A stretch of 64,000 bases of DNA from an uncultured Bacteroidota bacterium (GTDB lineage: Bacteria > Bacteroidota > Bacteroidia > NS11-12g > UBA9320). A model generated the notes under the pieces. It ran no database searches and was not told the DNA's origin. It saw nothing but the letters and a program-made list of their open reading frames with translations. The stretch lies in NCBI GenBank assembly GCA_937124965.1, contig CAKZLB010000016.1:24712-88711 (forward strand), read 5' to 3'. This document shows positions 30,240 to 41,235 of this stretch, piece by piece. Positions within the stretch are counted from its first letter, which is position 1. Each line of letters opens with the position of its first letter. Position numbers and translations under genes: made by a program.

Positions 30240-30914
30240 TCATGTGTTTGGTTGGTCTTTGCCATAAATTAGATTTTGGAACGTAGAAGTGTATTTTTCA
30301 ATTACATCTTTCATCACTAAACTAGTTTTTGACTCCTGCTGCATTGACGTCACAGCTTTATCTGAAATTCCACAAGGAACGATATGATTAAAGTAAGATA
30401 AATCCGTATTAACATTTAGCGCAAAGCCATGCATAGTAATTCCTCGACTTACTTTTATACCAATGGCAGCAATTTTTCTTGGAGGACCTGTTGTAAGCCA
30501 AATTCCAGTCAAGCCTTCTATTCTTTCCGTATAAATTTCAAATGCCTCAAGTGTTTTAATCAGGCTTTCTTCAAGAAGGTCGACATACCGTTTTACCCCA
30601 ATATTAAGGTTGTGTAGATTCAGAATTGGGTAACCAACCAACTGGCCTGGACCATGATAGGTTATATCACCACCGCGTTCAATTTCAAATTTTTCGGCAT
30701 TGATATTTTTTAAAAAGGTGTCGTTAATCAATAGATTCGCATGATCAGCGCTTTTGCCAAATGTATACACGTTGGGATGTTCACATAAGATTAGAGTATC
30801 AGGTATCATCTCAGATTGACGATTTTTGACATACTCCTTTTGTAGGTCCCAAACATCTTTATACGGTTGTAGACCAATCTGTTCTACACGTAATTCTATC
30901 ACTTTATTTTCCAT
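30240..30914 (-). CDS. lipB: Lipoyl(octanoyl) transferase.
   Basis: Core motifs RGGDITYHGPGQLV and KIAAIGIKVSRGITMHGFALNV. Confidence 0.88.
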   Translation of the reverse strand: MENKVIELRVEQIGLQPYKDVWDLQKEYVKNRQSEMIPDTLILCEHPNVYTFGKSADHANLLINDTFLKNINAEKFEIERGGDITYHGPGQLVGYPILNLHNLNIGVKRYVDLLEESLIKTLEAFEIYTERIEGLTGIWLTTGPPRKIAAIGIKVSRGITMHGFALNVNTDLSYFNHIVPCGISDKAVTSMQQESKTSLVMKDVIEKYTSTFQNLIYGKDQPNT

Positions 30915-32491
30915 TTTACCAATACACTTAATCCCATAAAAAAGAAGATGAAAAGTGCTAGTTTACCGATATAGTCTCCAGCTTTAGCATAAAAGGTCGT
31001 GTATTTCAAGGAAGGGATTTTGACAGTAAGTGTCCCTCTTTCCCACCAACCTAGCTGTTTTAACACTTCTCCATTATCATCGATTGCGCACGTTATACCT
31101 GTGTTTGCGCTTCGAACAACGTATCGACGATATTCTATTGCTCTTAAACGCGCATAGTGCATATGTTGTTTGTGGCCTGCAGTGTTTTTCCACCATCCAT
31201 CATTCGTAATTACTGCAATAATATCCGCGCGTTGTTTTACAAACTGACCAACATATTCTCCAAAAATAGATTCGTAGCAAATGAGTGGAGCTACAGAAAT
31301 TGACGAAGACCCGTGTGAGGATTTTTGTCCAACGGAATAGTGAAATGATTTTGCTTGTTGATCAATTCCTAAATTACCGGCAACGCCTCCAAGGTCGAGT
31401 TGCATTAAATCATCGAACTGTTTGAAGAATTGAGGAAAAGGAAGGCTCTCAACTCCGGGAACAAGTTTTGATTTATGATACGTTTCTATATCACCATTAC
31501 CGTCAATTTGAACAGCGGTATTGTAGGAATCGTAGTATTTGTCAACTTGCTCTAGGTATCTAGGGTAAATTGGTAGTTTTTCACCTTCTTTATAAAATCT
31601 ATGGGTTGAAGCACCAACTAATATTCCAACTCCGGGGTTTCGTTTTTGTAGATTTTTGAACTGACGAATGCCATAACTTTGAACTAGTTGGTCCTCGTTC
31701 ATGTTACCAACCAAAGCAGTTTCCGGAAGAATGATAAGTTTGGTTTTTGGTGTTATAGCGGATTCACAAAGTGTAATAAAACTATCGATGTCGGCATACT
31801 TTCTGCTTGGGTCAAATTTCAAATACGGATCGATATTAGGTTGAATTAATACCACTTCATTGTTGTAACATTGGGCTTGCTGCTTTGTGCCTAAGTACAA
31901 TGACCAACAAACTGGGAAAACGATTAAAGATGCAGTCAGAATTTGAGCACTTCTTCGAACAGTTTGAGTTAAGTGAAAAATTAATACGTTGACCGAAAGT
32001 ATCCAGAAGCTTCCACCTAGTGCTCCAGTATACTCATACCATTGAATAATGCTTGGAGTAGTTGCAAAAGCATTTCCTAAGGTAAGCCAAGGGTAAGCGA
32101 GGTCCCATCGGAAGTGAAAGTATTCAAACGATAACCATGATATTACAAACATGAACAAACCCCGACCTTGCCCAACAATGCGTTTTGTGAACCGATAAAC
32201 CAAGAATGGAAGGAGCATTAAGAAGGTATTGGCGAATAGCATAAAAACGGCACCGCCAGGCGACGCATTCCAAACCCACCATGTTGTTATTAGGTTAAAA
32301 ATGAATAACCCTAAATAGGTATAAAGACCGAAAAACGTTCCGCGCCCTTTTTCAGTAAAGTGCTGTTCCAATAATAATAAAGGAACAAACGCAATAAATA
32401 GTAGAAATGGCAACGTGTTTGGTGGCCAAGCGATTGCCGGCAGTAAACCGCCCAAAACAGTCAATGTAATATAAATCAGTCTTTTGTTCAT
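30899..32491 (-). CDS. lnt: Apolipoprotein N-acyltransferase.
   Basis: Multi-TM N-terminus plus a CN-hydrolase domain (LICYESIFGE). The start at 32491 forms an ATGA overlap with the rsmI stop. Confidence 0.85.
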   Translation of the reverse strand: MNKRLIYITLTVLGGLLPAIAWPPNTLPFLLFIAFVPLLLLEQHFTEKGRGTFFGLYTYLGLFIFNLITTWWVWNASPGGAVFMLFANTFLMLLPFLVYRFTKRIVGQGRGLFMFVISWLSFEYFHFRWDLAYPWLTLGNAFATTPSIIQWYEYTGALGGSFWILSVNVLIFHLTQTVRRSAQILTASLIVFPVCWSLYLGTKQQAQCYNNEVVLIQPNIDPYLKFDPSRKYADIDSFITLCESAITPKTKLIILPETALVGNMNEDQLVQSYGIRQFKNLQKRNPGVGILVGASTHRFYKEGEKLPIYPRYLEQVDKYYDSYNTAVQIDGNGDIETYHKSKLVPGVESLPFPQFFKQFDDLMQLDLGGVAGNLGIDQQAKSFHYSVGQKSSHGSSSISVAPLICYESIFGEYVGQFVKQRADIIAVITNDGWWKNTAGHKQHMHYARLRAIEYRRYVVRSANTGITCAIDDNGEVLKQLGWWERGTLTVKIPSLKYTTFYAKAGDYIGKLALFIFFFMGLSVLVKWKIK

Positions 32492-33186
32492 ATTTTTCCT
32501 GCTACACAAATCACTATTTCACCTTTAATCGGCTTACTCAAAAGTTCTTGACGAACCTCATCTACTTTCCCCCGATAATGGGTTTCATGAAGTTTAGATA
32601 TTTCGCGAGAAATACTGATATATCGGTCTCCTAATACTTCTTCAATTTGATCCAACATTTTTAAAATACGATGTGGGCTTTCATAAAAAACGATGGTTCG
32701 TTCTTCATTAATTAAGTTTAGAAGTTTTTTTTGTCGACCTTTTTTATGAGGTAAAAATCCTTCAAACACAAAGCGGTCGCTTGGTAACCCCGATACAACT
32801 ACGGCTGGTATTACTGCTGTGGCGCCCGGTAAACATTCAACGCTGATCGAATTTGCAATTGCCTCACGAATTAATAAGTATCCTGGATCTGATATTCCTG
32901 GAGTCCCAGCATCTGAGCAGTAACATATTGTTTTGTCATCGTTCAATAACCTAATAGCATAGGGAAGTTTTGCATGTTCATTATTTTGATGGAATGACTC
33001 AACGTTTGTAGATATGTCAAAATGGTTTAACAGTTTTTTTGTCTGACGAGTATCTTCTGCTAAAATAAGATCACAGCTTTTTAACGCTTCGATTGCTCGA
33101 AAGGTAATATCGCCCATGTTCCCAATTGGAGTTGGAACCATTATGAGACGTGCTGATTGATTTTCTGTTTCCATGCTCGTTTGCAA
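32488..33186 (-). CDS. rsmI: 16S rRNA (cytidine1402-2'-O)-methyltransferase.
   Basis: LIMVPTPIGNMGDITFRAIEAL...LAEDTR is a tetrapyrrole-methylase fold. The true start may be an internal Met. Confidence 0.85.
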   Translation of the reverse strand: MQTSMETENQSARLIMVPTPIGNMGDITFRAIEALKSCDLILAEDTRQTKKLLNHFDISTNVESFHQNNEHAKLPYAIRLLNDDKTICYCSDAGTPGISDPGYLLIREAIANSISVECLPGATAVIPAVVVSGLPSDRFVFEGFLPHKKGRQKKLLNLINEERTIVFYESPHRILKMLDQIEEVLGDRYISISREISKLHETHYRGKVDEVRQELLSKPIKGEIVICVAGKI

Positions 33187-33211
33187 AGGTAAATTTAGTA
33201 TTCAAAAACGG

Positions 33212-33246
33212 TCAAAAAAAAAAGGCCGCCAAAACGGCGACCTTTC
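33212..33246 (-). terminator. Strong intrinsic terminator for the gene 33266..34141.
   Basis: On the minus strand GGUCGCC-guuuu-GGCGGCC is followed by 10 U. Confidence 0.7.
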
Positions 33247-33265
33247 TTAAAGTTAAAAATCTTTA

Positions 33266-34141
33266 TTATTCAATTGTTATAGGTACGTTAATACCAGTAA
33301 TGATGTCTGTTTTACCTCTTGCTACAAATACTGCAACGTCTAAATCTTCAGCAACAACAGCTCCACCACCTGGAGGAATAGTTGCACCATTATAATCAGC
33401 AGGAACGTCATACGTTACTGTTTCAGTATGCCACATTCCTTTAGCAGTTTTTTCAGAAGGAACTTCGTTACCCCACGGTCCAGTTAATAAGTCACGTAAT
33501 ACGTGCTTATGAACGTAGTCGTTTGTACCACCACTTTGTCTAGCAACCATTCCGCTTTGCAATAAAGCAACATTTACTCTGTTTTCGTTAGCTGACTCAT
33601 CATCAGTATAATATACTTCGTAAGTAACTGTCAATTCCATTTTCGCTTTGTTTAAAACAGCTTTTGCTCCAATATTAACTGGAGAAGGTTCTGCCATAAC
33701 TTCAGCAGCCGTAGAAGCCCAATGATTTCTGCTCATCGCTAAACCGTCTGCTCCATTTTGGCTTTTACCAGGAAATAACTGTCTGTTCATAGTACCAGCT
33801 GGGTAGCCTTTAACACCACTTTGATCGTTCAAAGCTTGTCCATAAGACGAAGTAAAGTTAGCCCATCCAGCAGCTGGATCAGCATAATAACCAACATTAA
33901 CACCAATTACTACAACTCTGTCTGGGTTGTTAACTAACAAGTTAGCTGCGATCGCATGACCATCTGGACAAAATCCGCAACGAACACCTGTAAAATCTTC
34001 TAAAACAGCATTTCTGTTTTGCTCTTCCATTGATGCCATTGTTGGGTTGTTAGATGCTGGATCAGTTGTTGTTTCTCCGTCATCAGTACAGCCAATAAGC
34101 ATAACACTTGCAAGTACACTTAGTAAAAAAATCTTTTTCAT
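33266..34141 (-). CDS. Lipoprotein, possibly Omp28-like. Uncertain.
   Basis: MKKIFLLSVLASVMLIGC is a lipobox. Confidence 0.55.
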   Translation of the reverse strand: MKKIFLLSVLASVMLIGCTDDGETTTDPASNNPTMASMEEQNRNAVLEDFTGVRCGFCPDGHAIAANLLVNNPDRVVVIGVNVGYYADPAAGWANFTSSYGQALNDQSGVKGYPAGTMNRQLFPGKSQNGADGLAMSRNHWASTAAEVMAEPSPVNIGAKAVLNKAKMELTVTYEVYYTDDESANENRVNVALLQSGMVARQSGGTNDYVHKHVLRDLLTGPWGNEVPSEKTAKGMWHTETVTYDVPADYNGATIPPGGGAVVAEDLDVAVFVARGKTDIITGINVPITIE

Positions 34142-34244
34142 ATTCTATGTTATTATAACCTTATTTTTTATAAGATGACGAATTTCATTAAAATTGGTAG
34201 TATAAACAAATAGAAGGTTAAAAATTTATGTGTTTTTCTAACAC

Positions 34245-37091
34245 TTATTTGTCAAATTCTAGCGCAAGAAACTCAGAGGTGTAGCCTTTTTTAGATTTGA
34301 CAATGGATTCTGGTGTTCCCACAACCAAAATCTCACCGCCTCCTTTACCACCTTCCGGACCTAAATCTATAATATGATCCGCAACCTTAATTACATCCAT
34401 ATTGTGTTCAACCACAAGAACAGTATTCCCGAGATCCACAAGATTTTGAAGTACTTCTAATAAAACCCGAATGTCTTCGAAATGCAGACCAGTTGTGGGT
34501 TCGTCTAAAATGTAGAACGTATTACCTGTGCTAATTTTACTTAATTCGCTTGAAAGTTTAACTCGCTGAGCTTCACCTCCAGAAATGGTAGTACTACTTT
34601 GGCCTAATGTGATGTAGCTCAGCCCAACATCTTTCAACGCTTTTATTTTTCGATAAATAGAAGGAATGTTTTCGAAAAACTTAGTGGCTTCTTCAACACT
34701 CATGTCTAGAACATCACTAATAGATTTGCCGCGATAGCGAATTTCTAATGTGTCTCGATTGTAACGTTTCCCCAAGCAGGTTTCACATTCAACTTCAACA
34801 TCTGGTAAAAAGTTCATTTCTATCACTCGTCTACCGCCACCTTTACAGGTTTCACAACGACCACCTTTCACATTAAATGAAAATCTACCAGGTTTATAAC
34901 CTCGAATTTTTGCTTCAGGTAATTCGCTAAATAGGTTTCGTATGTCCGTAAAAAATCCAACATACGTTGATGGATTAGATCGCGGAGAACGACCGATGGG
35001 AGATTGATCAATTTTAATGACCTTGTCAATACTCTTTAATCCTGTAACTTTTCCAAATGGCAATGGTTTTCTGCGAGAGTTATAGATAAACTCAGACAAT
35101 ATTGGATGCAACGTTTCATTAATCAAACTACTTTTTCCGCTTCCAGAAACACCCGTAACACAAATGAATTTACCTAGTGGGAAATCTACGGATACACCTT
35201 TCAAGTTATTACCTTTACAATCCGTCAGACTAATTTTTTTACCGTTGCCTTTTCGCCGTTTTTTTGGTGTAACAATCTCCTTTGTACCAGAAAGGTAATC
35301 AGAGGTTAGTGTATGAGATTCTTTGATATCATTCCATGGTCCAGCAGCGATAATCGACCCGCCAAACTTGCCTGCTTTTGGGCCAATGTCCACCACAAAG
35401 TCACTTTCCAAAATCATGTCCTTGTCGTGTTCAACCACAATTACAGAGTTGCCAACATCACGCAGTTGCTTAAGCGACTCAATCAATCGCATATTGTCGC
35501 GTTGATGCAATCCTATACTTGGTTCATCAAGAATGTATAATACTTCTTCAAGTTGAGAGCCAATTTGAGTAGCTAAACGAATTCGTTGAGCTTCTCCGCC
35601 AGAAAGTGTTCTAGCAGGATTGTTTAAACTCAAATATCCAAGTCCAACATTTGTTAGAAAACCAACTCTGCTCTGAATTTCTTTCAGCAGTTCTGTTGCA
35701 ATAGTTTTTTGTCGATCGTTCAGTTGTGGGTGAAGATTAGTCAACCATTCTTCCAGTTCAGAAATATTCATTTCACCCAAATCACCAATATGTTTTGATG
35801 CAATGAAATAATGTAAGGATTCTTTTTTAAGTCTAAATCCATCACACTCTGAACATTTTCGCATGGTCATAAACTCTTCAGCCCATTGGTATAGGCTGTC
35901 TTGCGATTTTTGCATATAAGAGTTTTGAACCATTGGAATCACTCCTTTAAAGGCGGTTTCATAGGTTTGTTTTCCTCCACCTGAGTAGGTATAGGTTACC
36001 TCAAAAGTTTCTTCGCTTCCGTATAATATTGCATCTAAACTTTCACGGCTTAGTTTCTCAATAGGATCTGCAAGGCTAAACTTGAATTTTTTGGCCATTG
36101 CTCGCAATTGCGTAAATGTCCAGTTTGAGCGATATTGTCCCAGAGGAGCAATACCTCCTTTATTAATACTTAAAGCAGGATTTGGTATTATTAATTTTTC
36201 TTCAATATCTGCAATTGTACCTAGTCCATTACACTTCGAACAGGCGCCATAAGGTGAGTTGAAAGAAAATGTATTTGGCTGTGGTTCGTCGTATGCAAGT
36301 CCAGACTCTGGATCCATCAAGTTGCGACTAAAATGCTGCGTTTCGTCGGTGTTGTAATCGTGCAACATCAAAATTCCGTTACCAGATTTTAACGCTGATT
36401 TGACCGATTCTGATACTCTAAACCTATTGTCACCCTCAACTTCTATTCGGTCGATTACCAACTCGATGTCATGCACCTTATATCGGTCTAGCTGCATTCC
36501 AGCTTCAAGAGAAACAATTTCTCCATCGATTCGCATTTTAGAATACCCTTTTTTGATATATTGCTCAAAGAGATCTCTATAATGTCCTTTTCGTCCTTTG
36601 ACTATTGGAGCGAGCACCGCAACTTTTCTCCCTGAAAATTTATCCAATATCAAATTGATGATTTCATCTTCAGAAAATCGAATCATCGGTTTATTCGTCA
36701 AGTAACTATAAGCTTCACCTGCTCGGGCGTATAACAGTCTTAGGAAATCATAAATTTCAGTGATTGTTCCAACAGTCGAACGTGGGTTTTTACTTACTGT
36801 TTTTTGCTCAATAGCAATAACAGGGCTCAACCCTTCAATTTTGTCAACGTCCGGACGTTTCATGTCGCCAATAAACTGACGTGCATATGCAGAAAACGTG
36901 TCCATATATCGACGCTGACCTTCGGCAAATATGGTGTCAAAAGCTAAAGAGGATTTTCCACTTCCACTCAAACCAGTAAAAACAACAAGTTTTCCTCGTG
37001 GAATTTTTAAGTCAACATTCTTTAGATTATGTTCTCGTGCGCCAATTATTTCAATTGAACCGTGTTCGAATATGTTGTCTTGATTTTTCAA
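34245..37091 (-). CDS. uvrA: Excinuclease ABC subunit A.
   Basis: 948 aa with two ABC ATPase modules (GLSGSGKSSL, GVSGSGKSSL) and zinc-finger Cys clusters. Confidence 0.95.
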   Translation of the reverse strand: MKNQDNIFEHGSIEIIGAREHNLKNVDLKIPRGKLVVFTGLSGSGKSSLAFDTIFAEGQRRYMDTFSAYARQFIGDMKRPDVDKIEGLSPVIAIEQKTVSKNPRSTVGTITEIYDFLRLLYARAGEAYSYLTNKPMIRFSEDEIINLILDKFSGRKVAVLAPIVKGRKGHYRDLFEQYIKKGYSKMRIDGEIVSLEAGMQLDRYKVHDIELVIDRIEVEGDNRFRVSESVKSALKSGNGILMLHDYNTDETQHFSRNLMDPESGLAYDEPQPNTFSFNSPYGACSKCNGLGTIADIEEKLIIPNPALSINKGGIAPLGQYRSNWTFTQLRAMAKKFKFSLADPIEKLSRESLDAILYGSEETFEVTYTYSGGGKQTYETAFKGVIPMVQNSYMQKSQDSLYQWAEEFMTMRKCSECDGFRLKKESLHYFIASKHIGDLGEMNISELEEWLTNLHPQLNDRQKTIATELLKEIQSRVGFLTNVGLGYLSLNNPARTLSGGEAQRIRLATQIGSQLEEVLYILDEPSIGLHQRDNMRLIESLKQLRDVGNSVIVVEHDKDMILESDFVVDIGPKAGKFGGSIIAAGPWNDIKESHTLTSDYLSGTKEIVTPKKRRKGNGKKISLTDCKGNNLKGVSVDFPLGKFICVTGVSGSGKSSLINETLHPILSEFIYNSRRKPLPFGKVTGLKSIDKVIKIDQSPIGRSPRSNPSTYVGFFTDIRNLFSELPEAKIRGYKPGRFSFNVKGGRCETCKGGGRRVIEMNFLPDVEVECETCLGKRYNRDTLEIRYRGKSISDVLDMSVEEATKFFENIPSIYRKIKALKDVGLSYITLGQSSTTISGGEAQRVKLSSELSKISTGNTFYILDEPTTGLHFEDIRVLLEVLQNLVDLGNTVLVVEHNMDVIKVADHIIDLGPEGGKGGGEILVVGTPESIVKSKKGYTSEFLALEFDK

Positions 37092-37170
37092 TTTTAGAGG
37101 GCGGCAAAATTACAGCAAATTATGCCTTTTTAATTGTGTTTGTTAAATTTGATGCTTAACCAAATAAATC

Positions 37171-39732
37171 ATGAAAACAAGTAAACACGTTTTGCTCAGT
37201 TTAGTTCTTTGCTGTGCCCATTTTCTAAGTTTTTCTCAACCATTCACAATCAATGAAACCTTCGATCAAATGAACTTGTTTAGTTCAAAAGATTGGCGAG
37301 GAGATGTGACAAAATTTAGCCATCAAGATGATCAAATGGTTAGCGCGAGTATCATTGTCAACGATCACTTTTATGTATGTCATTCATTAGCAAAATCGGA
37401 TAGTTACGAATTCAGTATTGATGTAAATCTTGCTTTTGCGACGTCTTCTGCCAATTACGTCGATTTATTCTTAAGTGCAAATGATTCAAATATCATCTCG
37501 GCTAACCAGACCTTGATTCTGCGTATTGGAGATACAAGAGACGAAATTAAACTAGTGAGCAGCATAGATGGCGAAGAACAAACACTCATACAAAGTCCTG
37601 AAAAAATCACGCATTCGTTTGATGGAACAATCACAATCAAGTATGCTGAAGATACCTTAGTTGTATGGGTGCACGAACAACCGAATGGAATACTGTGGTC
37701 AGATACAGCCACTGATGTTATTCTGGATTCCGCATTCTTCATCGGGTTGGCGGTAAAACAATCAACCAGTTCATTTCATCAAAAGCACAGGTTTGATAAC
37801 TGGTATGTCGGTCCAGAACGTCGCGATACTAGCGCTCCAATAATTAGCGATTACCATATTCGAAAGGATAGCACAGTTTTGCTTGTTTTTAACGAACCCA
37901 TAGATTCAACCAAGGTTTCCAAAGCAAGTTTTACATTCTTACAGCCACTCATAAAGCCTATCGATGTTAATGTTAATGGAGATTCTGTCTTCGTTTTTTA
38001 CGACTATCATTTCTCTTCTGGAATCTACTCTATGCAGGTTTCCCAAATCGAAGATAGATACGGTAACACATTGTTGGATACGATCATTCAAACATTTTAC
38101 CGTGAAATAAAGCAAGCTTCATACAGAGATGTCATACTTACGGAGATTATGTGTGACCCTTCTCCCAGCGTCAAATTACCCGAATATGAGTATATAGAGA
38201 TAGCAAATCGAAGCAGTTCTTATATTGATTTGTCGGGTTGGAAACTGCATGATGCTACTAAATATTGTGCATTCGGCACGTACATTTTACCTCCCGATTC
38301 GTTTTTAATTATTTGTGATGATAAGGTGGCGCCCTTTTTTAAGACCGATGGTTCTGTAATGGGTGTTTCAAATTTTGTTTCACTCAACAACTCAAGTGAT
38401 AGTTTAACATTGTACAATGCTGAAGGTACGTTGATAGATTTTGTTTTTTATCAAAACGATTGGCATTCTGATGAATGGAAGAAAAACGGAGGATGGAGCT
38501 TGGAAATTCAAAATAGCACAACTACTTGTACGTATGATGGCAATTGGATTTCAAGTGTTTCGAGTACAGGAGGAACTCCGGGTCACAAGAATAGTGTAGC
38601 TAGTAGTTTCAATGACGAGGAAGTACCCCAATTACTAAATATACGAATTGAAGAGACCAATTTGTTACTTGATTTTAACGAATCTATTGAGACATATTCG
38701 CCACAGACTAGTGATTTTGTGAGTGACCTAGAAATAACAACCATAAAGAATGTTGCGACAAATACGATTCAATTAACGTTTGCTGAAACCTTAAGCGTTG
38801 GCCAAGCACATTCTATAAGGATTAAAGGTGTCCATGATTGTACAGGAAATATAATCGATGAACAAACGGTTGTTTTTGGAATTCCTTCAATACCGAAGCA
38901 AGGAGATTTGGTTATCAATGAAGTTATGTTTGAACCATCACTAAATAGTGTCGAGTATGTAGAACTATACAATGCGAGCAAAAGCCTTTTTGATTTAAGT
39001 AACATACATATTGGTGAGCCAATAGACGAATACTCGTGGCAATCGTTGAAAAGAATATCCGAAGGAAACTCATTTATTGAACCTGAGAGTTTTCGAGTGG
39101 TCACAAATAACTGTGATCAGCTATCAAAGAATTATCCAAACATGGATAGAGGAAACTGCATTCAAACACAAAACATTCACCAATTGTCTAATGAGTTTGG
39201 GTCGATCGGTATTGCATTCGATAATGGAACTCCAATAGATATGTTTTTTTACACCTCGGATTTTCATTTTCCACTTCTGACGGAAACAAAGGGGGTGAGT
39301 TTAGAACGAAGAAGTTATGCCGACTCTACCAATTCTTCGTCAAACTGGACCTCAGCTTCAGCAAGCAAAAATTATGGCACTCCAGGCAACTTAAACTCTC
39401 AATTTATCGGTTTACAGACGGACAATGAGTCGCATCTGCGTTATGATCCGATTTCACCAAATGGTGATGGTTTTAACGATGCCTTAGTCATCGAAAACAA
39501 TACCATGGAACCAAACACGGTAGTTGATGTGCAAATTTTCGACGTAGAGGGACGATTGATTGCCTACCCATTTAATAAAAATATCGTAGGTTACAGAAAT
39601 CAGTTTGTATGGGAGGGAATAAATGATGACGGCTCATTAATTCGGGAAGGCATTTACATAGTACTGTTGAAATCATTTACACCGCAAAATGGTGAATTGA
39701 TTTTTAGAGCTCCATTTACCGTGACGAACTAG
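37171..39732 (+). CDS. Secreted lamin-tail-domain (LTD) repeat protein with a T9SS type-B C-terminal domain (the gliding-motility-associated CHU_C domain).
   Basis: Signal peptide. LTD-like segments are DVILTEIMCDPSPS...YEYIEIANRS and DLVINEVMFEPS...EYVELYNAS. The C-terminus is YDPISPNGDGFNDALVIEN. Confidence 0.75.
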   Translation: MKTSKHVLLSLVLCCAHFLSFSQPFTINETFDQMNLFSSKDWRGDVTKFSHQDDQMVSASIIVNDHFYVCHSLAKSDSYEFSIDVNLAFATSSANYVDLFLSANDSNIISANQTLILRIGDTRDEIKLVSSIDGEEQTLIQSPEKITHSFDGTITIKYAEDTLVVWVHEQPNGILWSDTATDVILDSAFFIGLAVKQSTSSFHQKHRFDNWYVGPERRDTSAPIISDYHIRKDSTVLLVFNEPIDSTKVSKASFTFLQPLIKPIDVNVNGDSVFVFYDYHFSSGIYSMQVSQIEDRYGNTLLDTIIQTFYREIKQASYRDVILTEIMCDPSPSVKLPEYEYIEIANRSSSYIDLSGWKLHDATKYCAFGTYILPPDSFLIICDDKVAPFFKTDGSVMGVSNFVSLNNSSDSLTLYNAEGTLIDFVFYQNDWHSDEWKKNGGWSLEIQNSTTTCTYDGNWISSVSSTGGTPGHKNSVASSFNDEEVPQLLNIRIEETNLLLDFNESIETYSPQTSDFVSDLEITTIKNVATNTIQLTFAETLSVGQAHSIRIKGVHDCTGNIIDEQTVVFGIPSIPKQGDLVINEVMFEPSLNSVEYVELYNASKSLFDLSNIHIGEPIDEYSWQSLKRISEGNSFIEPESFRVVTNNCDQLSKNYPNMDRGNCIQTQNIHQLSNEFGSIGIAFDNGTPIDMFFYTSDFHFPLLTETKGVSLERRSYADSTNSSSNWTSASASKNYGTPGNLNSQFIGLQTDNESHLRYDPISPNGDGFNDALVIENNTMEPNTVVDVQIFDVEGRLIAYPFNKNIVGYRNQFVWEGINDDGSLIREGIYIVLLKSFTPQNGELIFRAPFTVTN

Positions 39733-40460
39733 TTTGTGTTTAAGTCAAATACGTTATTCACTGAAACAGGCCGCTCCGTTGTAAACCCTTCACCATGTTC
39801 AACTTCGATAGCGCTACCAAATTCCAGAGCGCGAGCTTCGATGTATTTGAGGAACTTCTCTGAAGCTATAAGGGTTTTCGGTTCATCAGATTCTGGGTCA
39901 AAAAACTGGCTTTTAAATGCTTTTATGGATTCGACTTTTTGATCCCACTCATTAGATATGTCCACCACAAAGTCTGGCTTAATATGGCGAAACTGAATAT
40001 AGTGATAAAGGTTTTTAGCTCTCCATGGTTTCTGGGGAACTCCGTTGTCGGTTGTTTCAATCATTCTTAAACCACTCAAGAAATGAGCTCTTGAAACGAT
40101 GCTTGAACCTCTACCATGATCTGGATGCCTGTCTTCAATGGCATTTGCAAAGATCACTTCAGGTTGATATTTTCTTATCGCATAGATTATCTTTTTTAGA
40201 TTTTCGTCCGATTGGTCGAAGAACCCATCAGGCATTTTTAAGTTTTCACGAGCTGATAATCCTATAATTTTCGAAGATGCTGAAGCTTCTTCGTGTCGAA
40301 TTTCAACGCTGCCTCTTGTACCTAAATCACCTTGGGTTAAATCAACTATTCCAGCTTTAAAGCCTTGTTTTATATGTTTAATTAGAGTGCCAGAACACGC
40401 CAATTCGGCATCATCAGGATGTGCCGCAAATGCTAAGATATCAAGTTTTTGGGAAGTCAT
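39729..40460 (-). CDS. bshB1: PIG-L/LmbE-family N-acetylglucosaminyl deacetylase (BshB1-like).
   Basis: ILAFAAHPDDAELACSGT, followed by HPDH. Confidence 0.8.
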   Translation of the reverse strand: MTSQKLDILAFAAHPDDAELACSGTLIKHIKQGFKAGIVDLTQGDLGTRGSVEIRHEEASASSKIIGLSARENLKMPDGFFDQSDENLKKIIYAIRKYQPEVIFANAIEDRHPDHGRGSSIVSRAHFLSGLRMIETTDNGVPQKPWRAKNLYHYIQFRHIKPDFVVDISNEWDQKVESIKAFKSQFFDPESDEPKTLIASEKFLKYIEARALEFGSAIEVEHGEGFTTERPVSVNNVFDLNTN

Positions 40461-40587
40461 ATGCTGATAAACAATGCTACAAGTATAATGTTATCCTTGA
40501 TTTTGAATCATTTTGTTCAATAGAAGACAAATAAAAAGCGCAATTCGTTCAACGAATTGCGCTTTAGAAAATATCTCGAAGTTCGTG

Positions 40588-41196
40588 TTACTCCATGTTG
40601 TATGCTTTTATAATCATATCAAGTTGATAGTCGACTATCGGGTCGTATTCTTCTTTAAGGCTTGCATTATACATTTTTGCGAATGCGCTCCAGTAAAATG
40701 TTTCAATGCTTCCTCTATAACCCTTTAATAAATCATAGGTCGTTTTACCAGTTTCTCTATGAATAAGCTTTATTAACAAAACTCCTTGAGATCTAGAAAA
40801 CCCTTTAAGTGTTTCAATAAATTCATTTTTAAGAGACTTCTCGGTTTCTTTTATGTACTTTTCTTTTGCTTTTGGATCTGAAATTAAATGAAGGTTATCT
40901 TCCATCATTTGGAGTCTAAAGGCAGCTAGCTTGGCATAAGGCATGACTTTTTTTACATTATATTTTAGCTTTCGATATTCTTCACGTTGTTCTGGAGTGT
41001 TAAAGTCCTTCATTACAAGTTCTTCAAAACGATAGAACATCAGTGTGTCACCACTAGCTGAATCAATCACCACTCGAACGATTTCAATCGAATCTAAATC
41101 TACCTTTTGAGGACTTATTTTTTTTATAGAATCTGCCTGAGAAAAACCATTCAATGCGCAAAATATAAAACCGATGCAAACTGATATTTTCTTCAT
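40588..41196 (-). CDS. Secreted hypothetical protein (possibly DUF4294-like).
   Basis: Signal peptide MKKISVCIGFIFCALNGFSQA. Confidence 0.5.
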   Translation of the reverse strand: MKKISVCIGFIFCALNGFSQADSIKKISPQKVDLDSIEIVRVVIDSASGDTLMFYRFEELVMKDFNTPEQREEYRKLKYNVKKVMPYAKLAAFRLQMMEDNLHLISDPKAKEKYIKETEKSLKNEFIETLKGFSRSQGVLLIKLIHRETGKTTYDLLKGYRGSIETFYWSAFAKMYNASLKEEYDPIVDYQLDMIIKAYNME

Positions 41197-41235
41197 AATA
41201 ATCTTTCTTTAATAGAGTCAAAACCTGTGCCAAGC

